Positions 12,331 to 24,099 of a DNA stretch of 64,000 nt are shown here, one piece after another. Position 1 is the first letter of the stretch; each line of letters opens with the position of its first letter. A model generated the notes under the pieces. It saw only the letters and a program-made list of their open reading frames with translations. It did no database searches and was not told the DNA's origin. The position numbers were made by a program, and so were the translations under genes. Source of the DNA: Felis catus (taxonomy: Eukaryota); NCBI RefSeq assembly GCF_018350175.1, contig NC_058368.1, positions 96,226,001 through 96,290,000 on the forward strand, written 5' to 3'.

Positions 12331-12859
12331 TGTATAACCAAGTATAATCAACTTGGAATAAAATGTGAATACATTACTTATACGGCATATACAAAATCAT
12401 AAGTGTTGGACAAGGGTAAACAGAAAAACACCAAGCTTATTCTATCAGTCACCTATCCCAGTCAAAGTTAGTTCCCTTTGCCATATAACTACAAAAATAC
12501 GTAATCCATGAAGACCACGGTTTGTCAGAATAGGAAGCACTAGAGGACTTGGTAATGTAATTTAAAATAGGGGTTGGCTGAGTATTTGGGAAAAAATGGA
12601 CTCAGAAGAATTCAGATGTCACGTTCCAGCAAGAAAAAGGAAAGTCAAAATGAAAAGGAGAAAGTAATAGCACACAAGAAAAATACAAAACCTTGGACTT
12701 GATGCAAGAACAGGAAAACTGACTCTTTCTTTCCCTTCCTTTCAGCATTCATTGAGTAAGCAGATGTTTTCAGAATATCCCAGTGATTGCATAGGTGGTG
12801 TTTGACTCTAGGGAATGATGCCCTTTTGGTGTTCTGAGCACCACTTTCCAGTGTATGGG

Positions 12860-13968
12860 TGTTGAGAGGGCAGTGGTTTTTTTCTACACCAACCAACAAT
12901 TCTTGGACAAGAGCTGGGGGTCTAAGAATTCTGACATTCAACTCAATTCTGACACTGTGTACCAGGAGATAGCGTCATACTTTATGGATTGAAGTCTCCA
13001 TATTACAAGACTGCACAGTTTCTGCCCCCCAGCCCCCAACTTCAGATGCCATTGGCAGGTCCAGGTTATTATCTGTACTTCAGATCAACTAGCTCTCTCA
13101 GTAAGAGGTTCCTCTCCGACCTCCTCCTCAGGTTTGATTTATTAGCTAGAGCAACTCACAGAACTCAGAGAAACACTTTCTGACTAGATGGCCAGTTTAC
13201 TATAAAAGGATACAACTGAGGAACAGCCATAATCAATGACACGCATAGGACAAGGTATGGGGAAGGACACGCATGGGGAAGGTGTAGGGAGCTTCTATGC
13301 CATCCTCAGGATGTACCACTCTCCTCACCTCTCCAACTGTTCACCTGGAAGTTCTCTGAAATTTGCCTTCTGCGTCTTTATGGAGCTTTCATCACATAGA
13401 CATAATTCATAAAGCATTGGCCATTGGAAGTTCATTTAACCTCAAGTTCCTCTTCCCTCCCTGGAGGTCAGAGAGTAGGACTGAAATTTCCAACCCTCTA
13501 TCAAATGGTTGGCTCCACTGGCAGCCAGCCCCCATCCTTAAGTGCTTTGCAAAAAAAAGTCACCTCACTAACCTAACCAAACACACCTTAATCACTCCTA
13601 ACTCTTAGGAAATTCCAAAGATTTTGGGAACTGTGAGCCAGAAATGGAGACAAATACTATATGTGTGTGTGTGTATGTATATATATGCGCATTACAACCT
13701 TGATCTGGGAGCATAATCCATTCTGGCAACATGCTTGTAATCCACCGCACTCATTTATCAAAGTGAATTTCAAGAACCATTGGCTCAGTTGTGATCACGT
13801 GACATTCGGCATCATGTACTACTCCTCTCGCAAGACATCGCTCATTTATCAAGTTAAAATTTATGAGAAACATTTGATGGTCTTGCATAACACTCATAGA
13901 ACAGGTTACTTGCAATCCAAGGTTTCTTTGTCTGTTTATATCTTAGGATAAATCCCAGTATGACGACA
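12860..13968 (-). mobile_element. MER21-family LTR, with a MITE nested near its end
   Basis: caattctgacactgtgtaccaggagatagcgtca, gctagagcaactcacagaactcagagaaacac and ggaaattccaaagattttgggaactgtgagccagaaa are characteristic of MER21. Confidence 0.8.
13690..13930. mobile_element. TcMar/Tigger-like MITE (about 240 bp)
   Basis: Imperfect terminal inverted repeats cattacaaccttga... / ...ccaaggtttctttg in a TA-rich site. Confidence 0.65.
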
Positions 13969-15335
13969 TGGTTTCCATTGTAATAGTTTAAGAATACATG
14001 GATAAAGAAAAAAGCCCCTTAGATTGGGAACTTAGTAACATTCAGTGACTTACAGTTCATGCTTTGTCTCACCAATCAAGCTTGAGTTCATATAACCTAT
14101 GGAACATATGTTAGCAAGGGAAAAGCCTTGTCAGAGTATTTGTCCAGAGCTGCTAATAATATCAGGGTTTCATATGTCAGCAAGGCAAATACACTTAACA
14201 GAGAACTGACAGAAGCTTGTTCAGTTTTGGGTGTTATTTATAATTCAAACCCAATTCTTTGTTAGCTTATTTTAAATAATGCATGACATAATGTTTACTA
14301 TTTCCCTGAGGATACTATTCTTTGATGATTCCACTTTTTTCCTCCAACTTAGACTCATTTGACTATTCTTAAATTACATGTTATTATTTCTACCAACTTT
14401 GAGCTCAGATACAAGATTCTCATTTTCCACATTTTCATAACGCTCCTAGTTTGCGTATTATTTAGCCAATTAAATACACATGTTCTTTTAATCTTTGCTC
14501 ATGCATAAATTTCTACATTTTATGTATCATTATTTTTCTTTGCACTATGTCTAGATGTTTGGGTTCCGGGTTCTGGGATCTCACTTATCTTCTGGGATCA
14601 TTAAGTGCTTAGAAACCATTAGAAGACCACCAATTAAGGCTGGTCACCTAGCCAGAGTGATGAGAACAGAGATTTAAATTCTTGAGTTCTTATTTTTCTT
14701 GAACAATGCATTTTATACTGGGAGAAGAAAAGCACTCCCTGTCTTACTAAATGGTTTATTCATTTATCCAGCTCATTTTAAATAAATTTTAAGACTTAGA
14801 AATGTCATGAGCAAGGGAAAAGAACTCTGAAGTGGGACTCTGAAAACCTGAGTCTTTGGGACTCTGCAAAATAAGACCTAAATCATCATAGAATGTTTTT
14901 CACTTGTGAAAATAAGGAAATGGCATCAGCATCAGAAGGCCTGCCTTGCTTTCTCTGTAGAGGTGTTGTGAGCTCCACAAGCTCCATGTGAGATACAGGT
15001 GATAAACATGCCTTGTAACCTCCATAGTATATTAAAATTATAAAGTAGAATTGGTCCTTCATGCTTTGCGTATTGGCATAGAAAAATGGTAACACTGCTA
15101 CTTTTCCATGCGATCATTTATAACTGGGTTTAACTCGGTGACCATGAATTCACATAAAACCATAAGCCCCTGATGAGAAAGTATTTCATAGATGACATCT
15201 CAAGCTATTACCAGGAAGAGGGTTGAGAAGGTTACAAATAGCCACATTAGAGCAGGGAAATGACTAAGCATTTGAAAAGAGAAGGAAGAATGTGATTATT
15301 TTATTAGAAGGAAGGCAAGAGGTCAGAAATAAAAA

Positions 15336-15392
15336 GAAGAAGAAGAAGAAGAAGAAGAAGAAGAAGAAGAAGAAGAAGAAGAAGAAGAAGAA
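15336..15392 (+). repeat. (GAA)19 microsatellite
   Basis: Pure GAA run. Confidence 0.98.
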
Positions 15393-16214
15393 ACAGGGAG
15401 CTCAGAAATGGGAAGAATCATGGAGTCCATTAGGTGCAGAAGGGCTGTTCCAGATGGCCAGAGGAAGCGTGGGAGAGCTGTCCTCTGGGACAGGGACTCA
15501 GACAATTGCAACAGACTGTGACTGAGGCTGATGATTGTAAATCAGGCACTGTTCTCTTTTTTTGGGGGAAAATAATACCCACAGAAACATTACTCTCTAC
15601 CTCCTGTCACACCCCACTTTTAACCTTTTCTTTTAGGGTACGCTTCTAAACATTGTCCTAAATTTTTTTAAGTCCTGCAGTTACATTTTTTAAAAAGGTT
15701 TTCTAGAAATTAACTACATTCATAGAATTTCCCAATAACATAGGGGGAATAATATAAATGGTTTGAAGCACCACCAGGTTAAGAGTCTTGCCCAAACACA
15801 GCAAAGGGGTCTCCCAGATGACTTAGTCTTGTCATATTCCAATCATTCTTCAAGAAAAGCTCCCATGAAGTTTAGTAACTGTATAAAAAAAAAAACCCAC
15901 AAAAAATCCTGTTAGGCTCGATATGTTGACAATCTTGTAGAAAGGGAGTAAAACGAAATTAGGTTTCTCCGATTTCATACCAGTAGGATCATCCACCTAA
16001 GAACACAACTTAAAAAACTGAGACATTAACAATAGATCTCCACCAATTCAGCATCCTCAGAGTGTCTGAAATCCTACCTTTCCTCTTTATCTCTCTGAAT
16101 CTGCAGATTAATTAATGCTTTTGTTCTATTCTCTGGGAAGGGATAGCTCTCTCAGTAGCCTCTGGTTCACTCTCCTTACACACCAGTATGCTCATCTTAG
16201 TTGTTCTTCAGGGT

Positions 16215-16581
16215 AGTTTTCATTCAAGTTTTATGTATTCATTTTGAGAGAGAGAGAGAGAAGAGAGGAGAGAAGAGGAGAGGAGAGAAGAGGAAAGAAA
16301 AGGGAGAGGAGGGGAGAGGAGGGAAGAGGAGGAGAGGAGGAGAGGAGAGGAGAGGAGAGGAGAGGAGAGGAGAGGAGAGGAGAGGAGAGGAGGGGAGAGG
16401 AGAGGGAGGGGAAGGAGGGCAGGGGAGGAAAGTGACAGAGAGAGGGAAAGAGAACCCCATGCAGGCTCCACACAATCTGTGCAGTGCCTGACTTGGGGCT
16501 CCATCTCACGAACTGTGAGATCATGACCTGAGCCAAAATCAAGATTCAGATGCTTAGCTGACTGATTCACCCAGGTGCCCT
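16215..16581 (-). mobile_element. Can-SINE with internal tract expanded to about 200-bp (GAGAG)n polypurine
   Basis: SINE head at about 16560-16581; TSD gggtagttt on both sides. Confidence 0.9.
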
Positions 16582-16702
16582 GTGGGTAGTTTCTTTAAAT
16601 GGCAGTCCTCGAATGTTGTTATCAAGACCATTTTACACTTAAAAATTATTGAGGATCCCAAGGAATTTTGTTGATGTGGGTTATATCTATTGATATTTAC
16701 TC

Positions 16703-16862
16703 TATAGGTTGTCCTTATTTTGTATGTTACTGTGCTACCTGTAACTCATTAATGTCCAAGATTTTACCTGAGTTACCACAAAGCTGTGTAAGAACCAAAA
16801 TCATGGTTCCAGTAGACATGGATTTCATTCCGCATAGCAGATTGTAAAGTGGGGATTGCTTA
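16703..16862. mobile_element. Tigger-like MITE nested in Charlie1
   Basis: Interrupts Charlie1 continuity; degenerate TIRs taggttgtcctta... / ...gtggggattgctta at TA sites. Confidence 0.5.
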
Positions 16863-17585
16863 TATTAGACATTAAAGTTGAAACATATACAAAATGTGTA
16901 GTTACTAATTTATTTTAAAATGACAACAACAAATGAATCATATGCAAACATAAATAGAAACCATGTTTTCCAAAACAATAGGAAATTGGCAAGAACACAT
17001 TGTTTTACACTTTTACAAATCTTTAATGTATGGCTTAACAGAAGACCACTAATTCAGCATTCAGAATTTAGACAACTGAATTCTCTCATCAAGATCTGCT
17101 TTCAATCTGTTAACATCTGTTTGGGTTAAGGTACATAAAAAGAATATGGACTCAACAGACTTGTAGTTGGAAAAAGGAGAAGTTTATTAGTCTTTTCAGA
17201 TTATTGTTAATACCATTTGATACTACATCAAAACTCAACAAGAGGTAGAATCTTAAAGATTGAATGCAGTTAAGAACATCAAACTATATAAATTATCTTT
17301 TGATAATCTTTTAGATTAAAATCCACTGGTTTATCTTGCATTTCAATGGATTTTACCCAGGCACTATTATTTTTAGCATGATGCAGTGGTTATTAGCAAA
17401 GCATTAATTCATTGAATTATGTCAGTCTTCCAAATGTTGACCCATTTCATTATAAAATATCAATAAGAAAGCACTCATTAGCCCACTGGTCTCATCAGGT
17501 ATGACTGTATGTATTCACCATTAAGCTATCAAAGGCAAATACAAGTTTTCAAAATTCCAAGTTTCCTTGAAAACACAAATGATAC

Positions 17586-18156
17586 TGATGTGGAAATGTT
17601 GAAGTTTGGAGCCAATGGCCAAGAAAGAATTCTTGAGACATCTTTGGTGCAAAAAGGTGTTCTTATTAAAACATGGTACAGGACCCATGGGCAGAAGGAG
17701 ATGCACTGGGGTTGCGACAGGTGATTATATGCCTTCAACTTGGAAGGGGTCAGGGATAGCAGGAGGTCTCCAAGGAATTTTGGAAGCAAGGTTTCTAGGA
17801 CGTTGGGGGGGGGGGCTAGCTATTGTTAGGAAAAGGTCATTTCTTATTGTCTAGTGAAACTTCATTCATAAGACCCTTCAGATGTAAATCAATGGGCCAT
17901 ATGCTTGGAAGATGATTGCTAACATATATTTGGGGAGTAGAGATAAAGGAAGTTTCCAGAGAAATTTCTGTATGTTAAAGTAGACTTAGGGCATCCTGGA
18001 GGTTGGTCTAACAGTGCCTTTTGCCCTTAGCAAAGTGACATCATCGAGGCAGCTGTGCTCCTAGAGCAATGTCACTCTGCCTGTGTCAAGGACTTGTCAA
18101 TGGGCTATAAGTTGTAAGGAAATTTAACTTTTCATTTTCCTTTATTTTCCACATCA
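17586..18156 (-). mobile_element. Carnivore ERV1-type solo LTR
   Basis: TG...CA ends with an 11-bp inverted terminus tgatgtggaaa / tttccacatca; 4-bp TSD atac/atat; interrupts Charlie1. Confidence 0.85.
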
Positions 18157-18718
18157 ATATCATTTGTAACAAATACTCTCTATTGCTGTTTTAAGTACAT
18201 GCTACTGAATCGAACACACTTTCTGTTGTTTTCCCTGAAGTGACAGCCACGCTTCATTCATTTTTTGAAATATATCAGTCAAATACCCAAGTCTAAATAA
18301 CCATCCATTATTTCTTAACTATTCTTTCAAGTAAAAATTATTTTTTGTGACCTAGTTCAACTTGACATTCCAACAAAAATGTTTTTCCCTGAGCGAGCTC
18401 TAGTTCACACCACAAATGCTTTGTGTATACTTTCCGTGTTATTACACAGAATATTCAAGACATGGTCTCAGGATAATAATTGAATAAAACCAGCAATTTG
18501 TGTTACCTCATCAAGGTCATTCCTAAGTGAAACTGGCTGTTTCTTTATAATTGTAAGTACATGGCAATGAGGAATATAAACTACTGGTGTACTTGGCTGC
18601 CCTAAACTTCACAGGGGCTGAGACACCAGGAGTTTTAGCCGCTATTGCTTTTCAAACATCGGTGCAAATGGCAAACCAGTGGGGGGAGGGAAGGAATAAT
18701 GTCAGTTTTATTATGAAA

Positions 18719-18766
<48 letters not shown>

Positions 18767-18807
18767 GCACACTTTGAGAATCATTGCTTTAAAACATATC
18801 TGATGTG

Positions 18808-19003
18808 GGTGTCCTGGGTAGCTCAGAGTGTCTGACTCTGGCTCCGGTCATGACCACCATGGTTTGTGGGTTCAAGCCCCACATCAGACTCACTGCTGTT
18901 GGTGTGGAGCCTTCTTGGGATCCTCTCTCTCTCTTTCTCTGCACCTCATCTGCTCATGCTCTCTCTCTCTCAAAAATAAATAAACATTAAAAAAAAATTA
19001 AAA
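18808..19003 (+). mobile_element. Can-SINE
   Basis: SINE body; TSD aaaacatatctgat / aaaacagatctgat. Confidence 0.9.
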
Positions 19004-19039
19004 CAGATCTGATCTTACCAAGCCGCTCCTTCACAGTCT

Positions 19040-19800
19040 TTTATCTTTTGTCCTTGTGTCAAACAAATTCTAAAATTGACCTCCAGAACTTTGACAGTCT
19101 GGACCCCACCTGCCTTTAGGCTGCCATGACTTTGGGATGTGTACCCTCTGCTCCTACAACCCTGAGCTACTCACTGCGCATCTCAGTCTGTGCCTTTTAT
19201 CACTCTGGCTTCCATGCAAGCATTACTTTCTGCCTGACATCTTTCCATCTCTGTTTACCTAAAATGCTCCTCATTCTTTAAGATCCAGTTCGACACTCAG
19301 CACCCATGAGAAGGCTTTTCTGTCACTCCTAGACAGCTGGCCAGCACTAAACACTTCTTCCCCTGGGCCTCCCTAGTACTTCATGTATTCATTCAACAAA
19401 ATACCAGGAGCATATTCATGCCAGGCACTATTCTCAGAACAGAGATGAACAAGACAGAAAAGAACCATAATTTAATCTTTTACAACGGATCTAATAGAGT
19501 TTAAATATTGATGGGGTGATAGACAAAATACAATGAATAATAAAGTCATAGGGTTTCAGATGATGATAATTACTATGAAAAAAATAGAATAAAGGGGTGG
19601 AGAATCACTGAATAAGTCACGAGTCCTAGTTAAAGTGTTCAGGGAAGGGTTCTCTGTGGAGGTAATATTTGAGCTTAGTCCCAGGAGACTTAAAGAAAGG
19701 ATTCAAGTCGAGAAAAGAGGAAAGGCTCTCTGGATAGTGAAATGGTAGATGTCAGAGGGTAATAATGCACTTAGGCTGCTGGAAGGACAGAGGAAACCCT
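19040..19800. mobile_element. L2 fragments in both orientations
   Basis: ctcattctttaagatccagttc... (+); cattcaacaaaatacc...ccaggcactattctcag (-). Confidence 0.6.
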
Positions 19801-20029
19801 AAAACAACTGATACTAAAGTATCAGTTGCTAAGAACCTTGACTCCTAAAACAGTCCACACTACATATTTTTGTGGCTCTTAGGACCAGGTAATCTAGGGA
19901 GTAAATGTGGGATGAGGGAGTAAAGGTAAACTCTCTTCACTGCCTTGGTATTCATTACCCCTCCAGATAGATAAGGCCACCTAATAAACTCCTTCCTGTT
20001 GGTCCCCTCGGTTCCTCCAATTTGAGCAA

Positions 20030-20290
20030 TTATGGATGAACTTTTGAGGGCATTATGCTAAATAATAACAGTCAGACAGAAAGAGAAAGGTATTTCAGGA
20101 TCTCACATACAGGTGGAATCTAAAAATATCAAACTCATAGAAACACTTATTTCATATAAACACTTATTTAAAAGTTACTCTCATCACAAAGCACACTCCA
20201 GAAAAAAAAGAAAAAAACAGAATAATGTCGGACGAAATATCTTGGCACCGTGGCCCAGCCAAGTTAATGCATAAAATTAACAGATAAACC
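20030..20290. mobile_element. L1M 3' fragment (+) followed by an MLT2 LTR end (-)
   Basis: ggatgaacttttgagggcattatgctaaat...ggaatctaaaaatatcaaactcatagaa; ggcccagccaagttaatgcataaaattaac. Confidence 0.65.
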
Positions 20291-21557
20291 CACCCATTCA
20301 CTCTGATTTTGGACAGAATCACCCAGTCATTGTGCTTTTTTTTTTTTTTTAACACTGGCAGACTTTTTAGTTTTTTAGTTTTTATTAGTCTGAAGATCCA
20401 TGATTTATGGAATGCCAGCGTAGAATGCCTCAGAGCGAACCATGTAATCATTGAGTATGTCTTCAGGCAATTACAAGGAAAGGTCAAGGTAAAGCTCCTG
20501 TTGAATACCAAAATCATGTTGAATGTAAAGTGTAGGTTGCTTCACCTCTGGTGAAATTTATCCTGACTCATGGAAGTCGAATTCATTGAGGTGGATAACC
20601 CAAGTTTTACTTGCTTTTTAAATCTTTTAGTGAAAAAGAGGTAGAGATAATTGGCAGCTTTCCAACCTGGGTGGTAGAGAAGAATGCATATGGAGACTGT
20701 TCTTGAAAGACCTACAGTCTAGGAACGAGATAAAAGGTGATAATCAATACAGGATGACAGTGCACACACCAACACTCATTCCTGGTAAATTGTTGTTCTT
20801 TTTAATAATTCAGAGAATGATATTCTTGATTAAAAAAATGGAGAGAATCCTTAACCACTGAAGTCATCTTTCCTGGAGCAAAGGACATTATGTCTGGGAC
20901 ATTAAGATGGATAGAATTTGAAAAATCGAAGGCTACTCAAGAGCCAAACAAAGGGGACAAATGTAAAACGAAGAGAGTGACATAGCTTGGCTGGGAGTAA
21001 ATGGAAGATGGCTTGAGGGAGAATAAATTTGATAATGATGAGACCTTCAAGTTTCACGAAATTTGCAAATGCCACTTACAGTTCATTTCACCTTCCATAA
21101 ATTCAATGAAATATAACTGCTGAAATATTTATGAAAGTTCTCCAGACAGTTAATTATCTTCAAAATACAAAAGCAAAGTTTCTAGCTGGAAATCACCACT
21201 TCTCTGACCTCTTTACTTTCGGGTAATTTGCATTACCAACAATTTCAATTCTTTTCCTTCCCGGAGACATTTTACATAAAGTGCAAAACAATTTATTGGG
21301 TCAAAGGAACTCCTGTATACTTAATAAGAAACAGACAAAAAAACATTTCTCTTTGAACTCAAGATTCACTCCTGACCACTAGTTTCACAATATGGGCAGT
21401 CAGAATATGTATCTGAAACATGGAAGGAACCAGAGATCTCAAACAGTCAATATCATTTATAGCATTGTGTTTAAGCTTAGGACCTCTGGACCAAAATTGC
21501 CTTTGGAATACTTAGAACTTCATATGGAACATGGAACATATAATAATTTCAAGCTAT

Positions 21558-21577
21558 TGTTTTAATTTTTTTAAGTT

Positions 21578-21617
<40 letters not shown>

Positions 21618-21773
21618 CATGAGCAGGGGAGGGGCAGAGAGAGAGGGAGACACCGAATCCGAAGCCCTGAGCTGTCAGCACAGAGCCCGATGCGGGGCTT
21701 GAACCCATGAACCGTGAAATCATGGCCTGAGCTGAAGTCAGATGCTTAATCGACTGACTCACCCAGACGCCCC
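21558..21773 (-). mobile_element. Can-SINE
   Basis: SINE body; TSD aataatttcaagct on both sides. Confidence 0.92.
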
Positions 21774-22365
21774 AATAATTTCAAGCTCTTAACCGTGTTT
21801 AAGAAAAATATACAGGCCATCTGGGGTAGTATCAACTTATTGACAGAACTGAAAAATAGGAAATGTAACATGCAAGCGGACTTTGAAAGTGTTTTTGTTT
21901 TTTTTTTAATAAAGGTGAGGATAAAATATGAAGAAAATGGAATGTTTGTCATAGCTTTTATCCCCCATCTTAACATGCTGAAATTTTGTGAGGGCTATCA
22001 GATTAGGCTGGGGGTAACGATCTTGTTTGGGTCAAGTTCTAGAAATGTATTTTTTCCTACTTCATTTTTATCAATTGTCCTATTTTAAAACATAGATGAT
22101 TTCTTTCTGGAAAGCAAATTCCGATTCCTTTCCATGAAATGAAATTCAAGCCTCACATGCTGATAACACTCCGTTACAACCAGCATTCCTATAAAAGAAT
22201 ATAAATCGTTTTCAGGATTTCTATGTTATTCACCATGTAGTAGTTAGAGCTAATCCACGCTGTTGTATTTTCAAGGGCACTACTGCTATGATGCAGGGCA
22301 TAATGCTGATTTTCTTATCTCACCAATGCCGCCTAAAGTTATTTTTGTGATCTTGATTCTCCTGA

Positions 22366-22396
<31 letters not shown>

Positions 22397-23746
22397 GCGG
22401 AGATTCAAAACAGTATTTCTTTTGTCCTGATTTTCTCCTCATGAGTTTAAAATAGAATTTTGACTTTGAGTGTTTCGTGTGTACATAACAAAGGAACCTG
22501 AAAACTTTCTTCATGGTATTGTGATTGATTTGTATTCTTGAAAGGGACTTAAAAAAAAATCCTTCTGCTGTTACAGAAATCAGATACCTCTCCTGTCTAA
22601 CATAAAAAGCGCCTGCCATTCCATTTCTTTTGTGATGTTGGCATGCCATATGCATTCAATTCAATAATCTAATGGCATGATTTTTACTCAGAACTTACAT
22701 ATTCTATCCATATTGTTACATAGTCATGACTTACTGAGACAAGGTGAAAGTGTCTTACTATCCCTAAATCTTCCTAAATAGTTTCTACTCCACATGGGTT
22801 AGGGTACATAGCCCACAAAATGTACAAGCCTGAGAGATGAGTTCTACTCACTTTTGGTTTGGTAGACATTTCCTACTCTGTCTCCCAGTAAAGTTTTCTA
22901 ACATGTCAAAAACAAAACAAGACAAAACAAAACAAAACAAAAAACCCACATTGCGATTCCATTCCTTGTTTCCATAAACCGTTCTAATACACCTTAGTAG
23001 ATGGAAAATAACATTACAAACCCACTTGGGCTTCAAGATCCTGCCAATTGAACCTACTAAACTCTTACAAAAAAGGAAATGAAAACATTCAGCACTATAT
23101 CTTTAACCGGTTTCCTTTGATGGATTTAGTTAAACAGGGCTACAGCTGTCAGTTAGAAATGCCTAGGCTACCGTACCTTTCTCCTTTTTCTTCTGCACAC
23201 ACACACACACACAAATCAGAATTATTGAAGACATTAGAGAAACTTTTCTCTAAACTAATGAAAGAGGAAAATGGCAACATGTACAAGTTTTCATTTTGAG
23301 CAATTTGTTTCACCAGGTACTTTTGTCTGAGTTATTCTGAACCTATGTACCTACAGCAGATCCTGCTGTAAAATGCTGAAGTGCAGAATATGGGATCATT
23401 AATTTGTCTCGGGAAAGCAAACACTGGTTTCTTCAGTACTCAAGACTGAAGGTATTTTAAAGTCCCTGGATAGAAATTCTACATTCTAGAATAGGTTAAT
23501 TTGAAAAGTTATAATTATCCTACAATTAAAGTTTATTCTCAACGTCTAAGAAAACTCTCTGGCAGCAATGCAAAGCCGTTTCTACACTTGGTATGTATCT
23601 CTCATAATTTAAAAAAAATGTCCTTTCCAAATTGTTAAAATGATGAATTTCTGAAATGATAAACCCATGTATTTGGTGCTAACTACAGCTCATCATTAAA
23701 CAGTCTGTGTCCGCCTGTTCATAAAGAATCTGTTTTTTTTTAATTG

Positions 23747-23785
<39 letters not shown>

Positions 23786-24099
23786 CATATATATATGAAA
23801 TGGGTTCATACATATGAAACAATTTTTAAATGTATGTTTAAATTTATATATTTATTGTTGTATATATAATTTTATGTGTAAATATGAAATAGTGAGTAAA
23901 TAACTATATGAATGGATCTGCAGATAGAATGATGTGTTACTATCATGCCATCCCAATTAGTGTTTTAAGAAAAAAATATAATGTAAATATAAAAGTCAGA
24001 GATAATATTTAGAGCAGAAAATATGAACGTGGGCAGTAATGACCAGGAAGTAGATTTAAATAACTTGAGCTACATTTACAGGAGAATCTGGTGTACATT

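Larger units (their letters stand above)
16600..18790. mobile_element. hAT-Charlie1 DNA transposon, interrupted by a MITE and a solo LTR
   Basis: Charlie1 start ttttacacttaaaaattattgaggatcccaagg...tgtgggttatatctattgatatttac; end cacactttgagaatcattgc. Confidence 0.85.

Noticed and set aside
12720..12765. Possible 10-nt microexon (acceptor then GTAAGC)
   Set aside because: Frameshifting length, no supporting context, and such motifs occur by chance.
15292..16570. Poly-K/poly-S and EERRG/SSPLL ORFs
   Set aside because: Translations of (GAA)n and (GAGAG)n repeats.
19995..20015. ttggtcccct match to the 5' end of miR-133
   Set aside because: Only about 10 nt match; the rest of the mature sequence and the hairpin are absent.
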